From the NCBI GenBank assembly GCA_965237955.1, contig OZ250169.1, forward strand, positions 7,584,001-7,648,000: a stretch of DNA of 64,000 nt, read 5' to 3'. Below the pieces are notes generated by a model that saw only the letters and a program-made list of their open reading frames with translations, ran no database searches and had not been told where the DNA came from. This stretch comes from Candidatus Marinacidobacterales bacterium. Its GTDB lineage: Bacteria; Acidobacteriota; Vicinamibacteria; Marinacidobacterales; SMYC01. How positions within the stretch are numbered: position 1 is the first letter of the stretch; each line of letters begins with the position of its first letter. Positions 10,656-20,006 of this stretch are shown in pieces. The position numbers and the translations under genes were made by a program.

Positions 10656-11075
10656 ATGCAGACCAAGAAGCTCAAGTTCGTAATCGGAACCGTTGTCATC
10701 CTCGGAGCCGTCCTCACCCTTGCGATTACCGGAATGGAAGAGAGCAAGGCCTACTATCAGACCGTGCCCGAGCTCAAAGCCATGGGGGTCAAAGCCGAAG
10801 GACGCCGCGTCCGCGTCGCGGGTGACGTCGTCGTCGGCTCCATCGAGAGACACGAAGAAGGCGTCGTCACGTTCGTGATCGACTACGAGGGCGAGACTCT
10901 GCCCGTGCGCTACGTCGGCCGCGGACCTCTTCCCGACACCCTCGTGGACCGAGCCCAGGCGGTCGCGGAGGGAACGCTCGAGCCAGACGGTACCTTCGAG
11001 GCCACGCTCGTCCAGGCGAAGTGTGCTTCCAAATACGAGGCGGCCTACGAAGAAGGCAAGACCGTCACCGAATAA
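10656..11075 (+). CDS. ccmE: heme chaperone CcmE, Cys variant
   Basis: N-terminal TM, YY.TV.EL, RVRVAG.V, AKCASKY (CxxxY). Confidence 0.9.
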   Translation: MQTKKLKFVIGTVVILGAVLTLAITGMEESKAYYQTVPELKAMGVKAEGRRVRVAGDVVVGSIERHEEGVVTFVIDYEGETLPVRYVGRGPLPDTLVDRAQAVAEGTLEPDGTFEATLVQAKCASKYEAAYEEGKTVTE

Positions 11076-11113
11076 ACGTCTGCACTAACAGCCTCCTTCC
11101 ATAAAGGAGCTCC

Positions 11114-13147
11114 ATGCATCATCTCGGTAATTTTTCGCTGATGGCGATCGTCGTCCTCGCGGTGTACGCGATCGCAGCCTCGCTCCTAGGCGTGAGACGC
11201 GGTAGCGTCAAGCTCACCACGAGTGCCGAGCGCGCGCTTTTGGCGTGCACCGCGTTGTCGACCGCCGCGTGCTTCTCACTCGTGTGGCTGTTGATGAAGA
11301 GCGATTTCCGCTTCGAGTACGTCGCGAGCTACTCGAACCGCGACCTGCCCTTCTTCTACAAGCTGGCGTCGCTCTGGGCGGGCAACGACGGCTCGCTCCT
11401 GTTCTGGAGCTGGCTGATACTCCTGTTCAGCGGCATCGCGGTCGTCACGAACCGGAACAAGAACCGCGAGCTCATGCCCTATGTGGTGGCGACCCTGGCA
11501 GCCGTCGCGCTCTTCTTCACCTACATGAATTATTTCGTGACCAACCCGTTCTCTCAGCTCGGCGTCGTCACCGCCGCAGGCACAGAGGCGTGGGGACCGG
11601 CCGACGGACGCGGGCTCAACCCGCTGCTGCAGCACCCGCTCATGGCGATTCACCCGCCGATTCTCTACATCGGCTACGTCGGTTTCGTCGTCCCGTTCGC
11701 GTTCTGTATCGCGGCACTCGCGTCGGGGCGCCTCGGCTCCGAATGGATCGCATCGACCCGCCGGTGGACGCTCGTGGCGTGGTTCTTCCTCGGAACCGGC
11801 CTCATCCTCGGCGGCCGGTGGGCCTACGTGGAGCTCGGGTGGGGTGGCTACTGGGCGTGGGATCCGGTCGAAAACGCTGCCCTACTACCCTGGCTCACCA
11901 GCACCGCGTACCTGCACTCCGTGATCATCCAGCAGCGCAAGGGGATGCTCAAGATCTGGAACGTCTCTCTCGTCGTGACTACGTACCTGCTGTGCGTGTT
12001 CGGAACGTTTCTGACACGAAGCGGCGTGGTCTCCTCGGTGCACGCGTTCGCCGAGTCCGACTTCGCCCAGATTTTCCTGTTCTTCATCATCGCCGCGGCC
12101 GGCCTTTGCACCGGCCTCATCCTCTATCGATTGCCGCAGCTCAAATCCGAGAACGAGCTCGACTCGATGGTCTCGCGTGAGTCGGGTTTTCTCTTCAACA
12201 ACCTTCTGTTTCTCGTCGCGGCCTTCGCGGTCTTGTGGGGAACGCTCTACCCGGTGTTGTCCGAGGCGCTCCAGGGCGAAAAAGCCATGGTGGGACCGGC
12301 GTGGTTCAACAAGGTCAACATTCCCCTCGCACTCGGGCTTCTGGCGCTCACCGGCATCGGGCCGCTTCTGGCGTGGCGCAAGTCGTCGTTCGAAAGCCTG
12401 AAGCGTAACTTCACCTGGTCGCTCGTCATTGGGGTCGCTACCGCCTCTGTGCTGTTGGCTTTCGGGATACGCCACCTGTACGCGCTCATGACGTTCTCGC
12501 TCTCGACGTTCGTCCTCGCGACGATCGTCCGGGAGTTCCACAAGGGCGCGAGCACGCGAAAAGCTCACAAAGGGGGCAGCTACGGCGCGGCGCTAATAGA
12601 TTTGACCCTCGTCAACACCCAACGCTACGGCGGCTACATCGTCCACCTCGGGATGGTCCTGATCTTCGTCGGCATTGCCGGCACGGCCTTCGACACTGAT
12701 GTCAAAGCGGACGTGAGCCCGGGAGAGTCCGTCCACGTGCGCGGCTACGACGTCAAGCTTCTCCGTATAAACAGTGGCGAGACTCCCAACTACGAATGGC
12801 TTTCGTCCGAGCTCGAGGTCTCCAAAAACGGCAAGGTGCTCGGCGTGTACGAGCCGCAGAAACACCTTTACAAAGCGAGCCAGCAGCCGACGTCCGAGGT
12901 GCGGCGCCACGCGACGTGGATCGAAGACGTGTATCTCGTGTTCGCGAGCGTCACCGACGAGAACAAGGCTACGATTCAGGTATTCGTGAAGCCCCTCGTG
13001 CGTTGGGTGTGGATCGGCGGCATCGTGATGTTCCTCGGCACGTTCGTGACGCTCGTACCCGATCGCCGCGAGCTGAGGCTCGTTCAAAAGGCCGAGGCGG
13101 AAAAACGCATCACCACGGAAGGCAAGAAGAAATATGAAGTCGCTTAG
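11114..13147 (+). CDS. ccmF: cytochrome c synthetase CcmF
   Basis: WAGNDGSLL, GLNPLLQH, IHPP, WAYVELGWGGYWAWDPVENA, TRSGVVSSVHAF. Confidence 0.95.
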   Translation: MHHLGNFSLMAIVVLAVYAIAASLLGVRRGSVKLTTSAERALLACTALSTAACFSLVWLLMKSDFRFEYVASYSNRDLPFFYKLASLWAGNDGSLLFWSWLILLFSGIAVVTNRNKNRELMPYVVATLAAVALFFTYMNYFVTNPFSQLGVVTAAGTEAWGPADGRGLNPLLQHPLMAIHPPILYIGYVGFVVPFAFCIAALASGRLGSEWIASTRRWTLVAWFFLGTGLILGGRWAYVELGWGGYWAWDPVENAALLPWLTSTAYLHSVIIQQRKGMLKIWNVSLVVTTYLLCVFGTFLTRSGVVSSVHAFAESDFAQIFLFFIIAAAGLCTGLILYRLPQLKSENELDSMVSRESGFLFNNLLFLVAAFAVLWGTLYPVLSEALQGEKAMVGPAWFNKVNIPLALGLLALTGIGPLLAWRKSSFESLKRNFTWSLVIGVATASVLLAFGIRHLYALMTFSLSTFVLATIVREFHKGASTRKAHKGGSYGAALIDLTLVNTQRYGGYIVHLGMVLIFVGIAGTAFDTDVKADVSPGESVHVRGYDVKLLRINSGETPNYEWLSSELEVSKNGKVLGVYEPQKHLYKASQQPTSEVRRHATWIEDVYLVFASVTDENKATIQVFVKPLVRWVWIGGIVMFLGTFVTLVPDRRELRLVQKAEAEKRITTEGKKKYEVA

Positions 13148-13610
13148 TGCCGGCCTCGTCCTCGGCTTCCTCGTAAGCGTCGCCACGCTTTCGTTGTCGC
13201 AGGAGCGAGCTCACGGCCCGGAATATCGTGCAGCCGGGGATGCGTTGATGTGCCAGTGCGGCGGCTGCAGCGCCACGATCTCCACGTGCTCGATGGAACA
13301 CTGCCACTCCGCCGCGCCGATTCGCGAAGAGATCTGGGATCGCCTGCAAAACGGCGAATTAGTCGCGAGCATCGTCGAGACGTTCAAACAGCGCTACGGC
13401 CTCATCATCTTGTCGGCACCACCGGCGACGGGTATCCACTTGACCGCGTGGATCGTGCCGTTCGTCGTCCTCGTCATCGGAGCTTTCGTGACCCGTCAGG
13501 TGCTGCGCTCGTGGACGCGTCACCCCGAGACGGTTGAAGCCGCGGTCGTCACCCCGATCAGTGATGCCACGCGGGCGCGGATCGAAAAAGAGCTTCGGGA
13601 CCTGAGTTGA
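13134..13610 (+). CDS. ccmH: CcmH-like protein
   Basis: Signal peptide, LMCQCGGC, REEI...L..G, RYG..ILSAPP, AWIVP TM. Confidence 0.8.
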   Translation: MKSLSAGLVLGFLVSVATLSLSQERAHGPEYRAAGDALMCQCGGCSATISTCSMEHCHSAAPIREEIWDRLQNGELVASIVETFKQRYGLIILSAPPATGIHLTAWIVPFVVLVIGAFVTRQVLRSWTRHPETVEAAVVTPISDATRARIEKELRDLS

Positions 13611-14119
13611 TACTCGCGCTGCTCGCCACTCTGGGAGCGATCGTCGTCACCTTCGTCCTCTATCCGGTGTTCACCGCGCCACCCGTTATCGGCGCTACCG
13701 GTCCTAGCAAGCTCGACGAATCCGAGCTCGCGCTGTCCGACCTCAGCGACAAAAAAGCGATGCTGTACGAGGCCATACAAGACCTCGATTTCGAGAAGGC
13801 CGCGGGCAAAGTCTCGGACACCGACTACGAAACCGCGAGAAACGACTATCTGGCTCAAGTCTCGGCGGTGATGGAAAAAATGGACGTCCTCGCGCCCCAA
13901 AAACAAAAGCGCACAAAGCCCACAAAAAAAGCCGCGCAACAAAAACAGAAACTAGAGGTCGAAGTCGAATGCGAAAGCTGCGGCGAGGGCAATCCAAAGG
14001 GTTCGAACTTCTGTCTCGAGTGCGGAAAACCATTTGCCGCCACGTGCGCGTCGTGCGGCGAGAGCCTTCCCGCGAAAGCGCGGTTTTGTAGCGCCTGCGG
14101 CGAGACAGTGACCGCCTGA
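13607..14119 (+). CDS. membrane-anchored double zinc ribbon protein (N-terminus resembles CcmI N-terminal region)
   Basis: TM, then IQDLDFEKAAGKVSDTDY, then four CxxC pairs. Confidence 0.75.
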   Translation: MILALLATLGAIVVTFVLYPVFTAPPVIGATGPSKLDESELALSDLSDKKAMLYEAIQDLDFEKAAGKVSDTDYETARNDYLAQVSAVMEKMDVLAPQKQKRTKPTKKAAQQKQKLEVEVECESCGEGNPKGSNFCLECGKPFAATCASCGESLPAKARFCSACGETVTA

Positions 14120-14131
14120 CAGCCTGACATC

Positions 14132-15208
14132 ATGAAACGAATTGTCTTCTTTGTCGTCGCTACCGTTGTCTCGGCGGTCATCTCGGCGAGGGCCGACGCC
14201 CAACCGCGCGGCGGTGTTTTGCGGGTCAGCCTCAAAAACGGCACCACCGGCGGGACGGGCTCTGCCGAAAGCGTCACCCTCCTCCGTCTCGGCGCCGAGA
14301 TGACTCCCGTAAAGAAGCTGGGCGCCGTGTCGGGACGCTTCGAGATCACCGATTTCGAGGTCGAAGGCGAACGCCCCATGCTCCTCCAAGTCACGTCGTC
14401 GGGCGTGAACTACAACCAGCCGGTGAATTTTTTTCGCGGGTATGAGGCCGACGCCGAGGTCACCGTGTACGACGCTTTCGACACGTGGGACGACGCCGCG
14501 CTCGAGGTCACCACGTCACGTTTTCTGTACCGGCGCGAGAACGACAAACTCGTCGTCGACAAGGTCTTCGTCGTCGAGAACCGGACGTCGCCACCGCGCA
14601 CCTATCACGACCCCGACGGCACCTTCCGCTTCAACCTGCCGAGAGAGAAACTCCTCGAGCTCCACTCCGTGTCGGCGTCGAGTGCCCTGGGCGTGCCCGT
14701 CCCCCAGCAGGCCTCACCGCTTCCCTACGGCAGCGGCTACGTTACCAAGACGGCGTTCAAGCCCGGCGAGACCCAGATCGCGGTGTCCTACGAAGTTCGC
14801 TACACAAACAGCGAGTACGAAGTCGTGGAACAAGCATTCCATCGTTTCCCCGAGCTCTTCGTGTTCGTCGCACCGCCCGATATCGACGTCACCGCCGAAG
14901 GCTGGGAGAATCTCGGCATCGAGCCCGAGGGCCGCTTCTCCTCGATCCGGATGCGGGACGTTTCCGCCGGAGAGCCGATCCGATTCACGCTTTCCGGGGG
15001 AAGCGAGCAGGCGGACCAACTCGTGGGCTCCTCGGGAAGCTCCGAAGCGGGGTCGATCGCGGCATCGCAAGGCACCATCACCCGTATCCCCGACACGACG
15101 CGCGCCTCCAAGTGGATCCTCGTCGTGTTGATGGCGGCCGCCCTCGGCTACGGACTTCTCGCCACGCTCTATCGATCGTCCTCCCCCCCCAAGGCTAGAC
15201 GAGGCTAG
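14132..15208 (+). CDS. exported protein with C-terminal TM anchor, within ccm operon
   Basis: Signal peptide, beta-rich body, WILVVLMAAALGYGLL anchor; tightly coupled to neighbours. Confidence 0.7.
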   Translation: MKRIVFFVVATVVSAVISARADAQPRGGVLRVSLKNGTTGGTGSAESVTLLRLGAEMTPVKKLGAVSGRFEITDFEVEGERPMLLQVTSSGVNYNQPVNFFRGYEADAEVTVYDAFDTWDDAALEVTTSRFLYRRENDKLVVDKVFVVENRTSPPRTYHDPDGTFRFNLPREKLLELHSVSASSALGVPVPQQASPLPYGSGYVTKTAFKPGETQIAVSYEVRYTNSEYEVVEQAFHRFPELFVFVAPPDIDVTAEGWENLGIEPEGRFSSIRMRDVSAGEPIRFTLSGGSEQADQLVGSSGSSEAGSIAASQGTITRIPDTTRASKWILVVLMAAALGYGLLATLYRSSSPPKARRG

Positions 15209-15211
15209 ACG

Positions 15212-15895
15212 GTGTTCGCGGCCCGGCGCGTCACCAAGCTGTTCGGCCGAGTCCCGGTTTTGAAAGAGCTCGACCTCGAGCTCGAGCCCGGACGCTGCCA
15301 CGTGATCTTCGGCAGAAACGGTGCCGGCAAGTCGACGTTCCTTCGAGTCGCCGCGACGCTCTTGAGACCGACATCGGGCGAGCTGTTCTACGATGGCCGA
15401 GAGCTTTCCGAGCACGGTAGTGCCGTTCGTGATCGCATCGGGTTCGTGAGCCATCAGAGCTTCGTGTACGCAGATCTGACCGTTCGAGAGAACCTCGAGT
15501 TCTACGGCCAACTCTACGGGCGCTCTCGCGACGTGGACGAGCTCTTGGAATGGTCGGACCTGACGCTCCGCCAACACTCCCCCGCCCGGAGTCTGTCGCG
15601 CGGGATGCAACAGCGGCTCACGATCGCTCGCGCGCTCTTGCACGAGCCAAAGCTTCTCCTGCTCGACGAGCCGTTCACCGGGCTCGACGCGCTCTCGGCG
15701 GAGAAACTACACGTGCTTCTCACCGACATGAAAGGCAAAGACACGACGATTGCGCTCGCGACCCACGATATCGAGCGCGGTGTCGCGCTCGCCGATCGGA
15801 TTCTCTTGATGGAGACGGGTCGCATCGTCTTCGATGCGACCGGCGCCACCGGTGATGAGGTGCGCCGGCTCCTCCTCGAGGCACCCACGCTGTGA
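15212..15895 (+). CDS. ccmA: heme ABC exporter ATP-binding protein CcmA
   Basis: GRNGAGKST, LSRGMQQR, LLLDEPFTGLD; operon context. Confidence 0.88.
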   Translation: MFAARRVTKLFGRVPVLKELDLELEPGRCHVIFGRNGAGKSTFLRVAATLLRPTSGELFYDGRELSEHGSAVRDRIGFVSHQSFVYADLTVRENLEFYGQLYGRSRDVDELLEWSDLTLRQHSPARSLSRGMQQRLTIARALLHEPKLLLLDEPFTGLDALSAEKLHVLLTDMKGKDTTIALATHDIERGVALADRILLMETGRIVFDATGATGDEVRRLLLEAPTL

Positions 15896-16587
15896 GCCCG
15901 TTCGTGCGAGTCACGCTCGCGATCCTCCGGAAAGACCTTCGGCGTGAACTCCGCACCAAAGAAACGGTCTCGTCGATGTTCGTGTTCGCGGTTCTCGTCG
16001 TCGTCGTGTTCAACTTCACGCTCGCGCTCGACGAAGTGCGCGCGCTCGAGCTCGGGCCCGGCATTCTGTGGACGGCATTCGTGTTCGCAGCGACGCTGGG
16101 CCTGAATCGAAGCTTCGCCTCCGAGCGCGAGAACGAGAGTCTTTCAGGACTGATCATGGCCCCGGTCGACAGAAGCGCCATCTACTTCGGCAAGCTCGGA
16201 TCCAATCTTCTGTTCATGCTCGTCATGGAAGCGTTCGTCCTTCCGGTGTTCGTCGTGTTCTTCAACCTGAACGTTTCCGAGATTCTTCCCGGTACCGATC
16301 TCGCCTGGTTCGCGCTCGTTCTCGTGCTCGGCACCACCGGCTTCACCGCGTTTGGAACGATCCTCTCGGCGATCGCCTCGTCGACGACGATGCGGGACGT
16401 CTTACTGCCGCTCCTTCTCCTGAGCTTCTCCGTCCCGGTCGTCGTCGCGTCCGCGGAGGCGACTCGCCTGTTGTTCGACGTGGACCCGCTTACCGGACCC
16501 GAGAGCTGGCTCAAGCTCCTCGCGGTATGCACCGTCTCCTACGTCAGCGTTTCGTGGATGGTTTTCGAGTACGTCCTCGAGGACTAG
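15892..16587 (+). CDS. ccmB: heme exporter permease CcmB
   Basis: KDLRRELRTKE, GILW, LNRSFASERE, LLPLLLL. Confidence 0.9.
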   Translation: MSPFVRVTLAILRKDLRRELRTKETVSSMFVFAVLVVVVFNFTLALDEVRALELGPGILWTAFVFAATLGLNRSFASERENESLSGLIMAPVDRSAIYFGKLGSNLLFMLVMEAFVLPVFVVFFNLNVSEILPGTDLAWFALVLVLGTTGFTAFGTILSAIASSTTMRDVLLPLLLLSFSVPVVVASAEATRLLFDVDPLTGPESWLKLLAVCTVSYVSVSWMVFEYVLED

Positions 16588-16676
16588 TTGAGCTACGAAC
16601 GGTCGGCGTCGGTTTGGACACCAGGCCACACAGTACACCGTGCCGTTTCGATCAGGAGTTCGGAGCGAAGAGAATC

Positions 16677-16759
16677 AACGCAAAGGCGTGAAGACGCAAA
16701 GTGGGTGCATCCCGTATTGATTTTCCCTTTGTGTCTTTGCGTCTCTGCGCCTTTGCGTT
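16677..16759. repeat. tandem-inverted repeat element (8-bp CGCAAAGR units)
   Basis: aacgcaaaggcgtgaagacgcaaag (16677-16701) pairs with ctttgcgtctctgcgcctttgcgtt (16735-16759) at 22/25; between convergent genes. Confidence 0.75.
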
Positions 16760-16793
16760 AAAAAACAGTCTCCCGCGTTCCCGCCGATTGTGC

Positions 16794-17693
16794 TCAGGTG
16801 CCTTCGTGAACGGAGATGCACAGGAACTTCTCGTGTGCGAGGACGGTGCCGTCGGAAGCTCGTACTTCGACGACCCAATCGCCAGCGGCGCCCACGGGTA
16901 GCTCGAGAGTGCTGTAGGTGCGCCAGTGCGATCCACCAACGCGAAGCTCCGCGTTCATATGGGTGCGCCCCTCGTGCATCCAAACGTGACGAACACGATC
17001 CCCGCTTTTCCCTCCGACGATGCGCGTCCAGAACCACACTTTCGCGCCCTCGGGAAAGCGGTCGCTCCGTCCGACGAGGTTTCGCTCGGAAATGCCGGTC
17101 CCCACTCCCATCTGCGGGATCGTGAGCGCGGTCGGTGTAGCTGGTGACCGCTGCGCAGCCTCCACGGCCCCCACAGGTTCCTCAGCGGGAGCGGCTGGCG
17201 TCTTTTCTCCCGTCGACAACGATCGTGTCAGCGTGGCCGACTCTTCGGAGAGCGTCTTCGGCTCGGCGGCAGGCGTTGGGCCTCGGAAGATCAACCATAT
17301 CGTGGCGCCGACGAGGCTGACGAAAGCCACACCCATGAGCACGAGAAACGGCGATCGGTCCCAAGCGGCACGCCGCCGTCGTGTACGCGATCGAGCGTCC
17401 GCGAGCTGCCCGAGCTCCGCGAGCTTCTGCCGCTCGTGTTCAGGTGTACCGCGACCGCGCTTGAGCTCTTCGATACCGTACGACTCCAGAAGCGGTTTCG
17501 GATCGATGTCCAGGAACTGGGCGTAGGATTTGATGTAGCCCTTGTCGAATACGCCGCCAGGGAGGGCTTCCAAGTCACTGCGTTCGAGCGCGTGGAGGTA
17601 GGGCTCGCTGATGCGCGTTGATTCGGCGACGGCGCGGATGCTCACGCCTTTCGCCTCGCGCGCTTGTCTGAGACGATCTCCGAATGCCTTCAT
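16794..17693 (-). CDS. RodZ-like HTH protein with TM and C-terminal DUF2914-like domain
   Basis: FGDRLRQAREAKG..TRIS..YL.ALE..LPGGVF.KGYIKSYA; TM; VWFWTRI..RHVW..WRTYS..GDWVVEV. Confidence 0.75.
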   Translation of the reverse strand: MKAFGDRLRQAREAKGVSIRAVAESTRISEPYLHALERSDLEALPGGVFDKGYIKSYAQFLDIDPKPLLESYGIEELKRGRGTPEHERQKLAELGQLADARSRTRRRRAAWDRSPFLVLMGVAFVSLVGATIWLIFRGPTPAAEPKTLSEESATLTRSLSTGEKTPAAPAEEPVGAVEAAQRSPATPTALTIPQMGVGTGISERNLVGRSDRFPEGAKVWFWTRIVGGKSGDRVRHVWMHEGRTHMNAELRVGGSHWRTYSTLELPVGAAGDWVVEVRASDGTVLAHEKFLCISVHEGT

Positions 17694-17725
17694 TGCTGTC
17701 GGTATTCGGCGCGCTTGGGTTCTGA

Positions 17726-18182
17726 CTACATAGTACACCAACCCTCTGGCTCACGACGGAAGCGATCTCGACGCAGGTCGTTTCGCCCGGCCACTTGACG
17801 ATCAACGGAATGTGGAAACCATCGATTGGGTTCGGAGCGACGGATCGTTCCCGCAAAGATCTGCTCCTGCGCATCGCCGGAATCCACGAACACTGTGAAA
17901 TCCACCGGGACGAGCAACGTTGCCTGCCCCATCGGCGACGCGGCTATCGCAAAGCGCAGCATCGAGTCTTGGGGCACGAGGAGCTCGAAGGACACGGCCG
18001 ACGGAAGAGGCGTCGCCAAGGCGCGTCTCGTCTCGCTTCTCAACGTGAAGACATCCAATCGGGCCGTCCGCCGCGCACTCGCCTCACCGCCATGCGGGTG
18101 CGGACGCACCTCGGCAGCTCGCGATCGCCCCGACGAGAGCGAAAAGCCCCACGCAACGCGCCAACGCCAGCGTGTCGGTCAT
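17726..18182 (-). pseudogene. remnant of sulfatase-like lipoprotein (internal deletion, frameshifts)
   Basis: Lipoprotein signal MTDTLALA..IASC; N-terminal beta domain like that of the 1346 gene (SMLRFAIA); abrupt jump to HIPLIVKWPG. Confidence 0.6.
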
Positions 18183-18478
18183 CGCGCAAGTATAACTTGA
18201 CGCGCACAGCGCTAGAGATGATTGGAGTGCGACGTTTTCCTTGGCGCGGTTCGCGTGTCTGCTGTGGCAATATCGCGCATGTTCTCTGATGAGACCTGTC
18301 CCACTACGGTGGTCGTCCAACCCGCTCAAATCGATTCGCTTGGCCGCGCTTCATGCTCGTCGCGGAAAACCGAAGCGAGCAGCCCGGAATTTCAACTCGC
18401 GCCCGAAGTGGTTACAATCCTCGTTGAATGGCATCGATGGGTCACACCGTAAACCGCCTTCCTCGCCTGCGAGTGCCG

Positions 18479-19763
18479 ATGAGTGCACGCCTCGCCGCGG
18501 TTTTGACCGCGGCGCTCGCAGCGGGATGCAGCGACGACGAACCATTGTCGCTGCTCGAGGGGCGCGACGCCGACATCCGAGCCGACGTCGAGGTTGCCGG
18601 CGATTCGAGGCCTGCGCTCGTCCCGCCGCTTTCGAGCGAGCTCGCTTTCGAGCTCACCGTCCCCGCAAATCCCAGATTGAGTTTCTCGTTCGCGTTGGCG
18701 TCGCCCCGGAGAGCCCCCCGCGCGCGCGTGGATTTTCGCGTCCGCGTCGTGTCCGATGAAATTCCCGTGACCGTCTTTCGCCGCACGCTGAAGGTGGAGG
18801 ATCACAACCAATGGCACGACGCGCGCGTGAACCTCGCGGCATGGGCAGGAAAGAACGTCTCGCTCCGATTGGAAACGTTCCCTACTCGCGGAGCGCGATC
18901 CGGAAACTCCCTACTTCCTGTACTTACATTTCATCGATGTCCACGGTCCCTACCGCGCGCCCGAGACAGACTACCTCGCTGTGCGCGACAGTCCCTCGCT
19001 GGGTGAGGATCGAGAGCTGACGAAAACGGATCCCTCCCGCCCACGCTACCTCGACGCTACGGCGTGGGCGGACGTAGACGACAGCGAGCACCTCCGCGAA
19101 TGGAAAGCAAAATACGCTGCGACCGTCCGCCAACTCGACCGGCGGCTCGGTCGGCTTCTCTCAGAGCTCAGAAAATCGGGCGAGCTCGATCGGGCGTGGC
19201 TCGTGTTCACCTCCGACCATGGCGAAGAGTTTCTCGAGCACGGCATCTGGGCGCACGGTTACACGCTCTGCAATCATCAGCTGCACGTACCGCTTTGGAT
19301 CCGCGAGCCCGGCGCCCGCTCCGCCGGCCGCCGCATCTCGCACGTCACAACCCTCGCGGACGTGATGCCGACGCACCTCGCTTCGCTGTCGCTTCCGATC
19401 CCCCCACAGGTTCAGGGTGCAGATCGTTCCGATTGGCTTCGCGAGCCACCCCGAGGACACTCACGCACGGTGGCGATCGGAACCGGTGCGATCAGCCGCC
19501 CGCAGCTGAGCTCGGTCCGGACCGACCGCTACCACCTCATGTGGGACGAGGCGACCGACGAAGTTCAGCTCTTCGACACGCGCGCGGATCCCGAAGAGAG
19601 CGTCGACGTTGCCGCAACCGAGCCGGAGATCACGCGAACGCTGCGTCAGCTGCTTCAATCACAGCTCGCAGAAATCGAAATCGCGGGCACGCTCGAAACG
19701 GAAGCGGTCCCGATTCCGGAGGATCTAAGAGAGCGACTGCACGGACTCGGTTACATTCCCTGA
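18479..19763 (+). pseudogene. sulfatase-like lipoprotein lacking the catalytic N-terminal segment
   Basis: Lipobox LAAGC and N-terminal domain joined out of frame near 18890 to YFLYLHFIDVHGPY..TSDHGEEF..HVPLWI..LHGLGYI. Confidence 0.7.
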
Positions 19764-19802
19764 CGTGAGACACAGGAACGAGTAATTTCTGCGCTCGGCT
19801 CG

Positions 19803-19885
19803 TCAGACGTCTTCGGGGTCCCCTGACGAAAGTGACGAGAGCAGGTGGAAACCACCGGTGATGCCATCGACGAGCACACGAAGAT
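19803..19885 (-). pseudogene. C-terminal fragment paralogous to the 21338..21898 protein
   Basis: LRVLVDGITGGFHLL vs FRVLVDGLTGRFHVL. Confidence 0.55.
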
Positions 19886-20006
19886 GCTCGGGCATGGGTA
19901 GGCCTGCGTTTCTATGGACCGTTTTCGGATCATACACGACTTACCAGCGTGCGAGGAGCGCACCAGCCCGGAGCTTACAGCTGTGCTAACCTCCGGCGGT
20001 CGGAAC

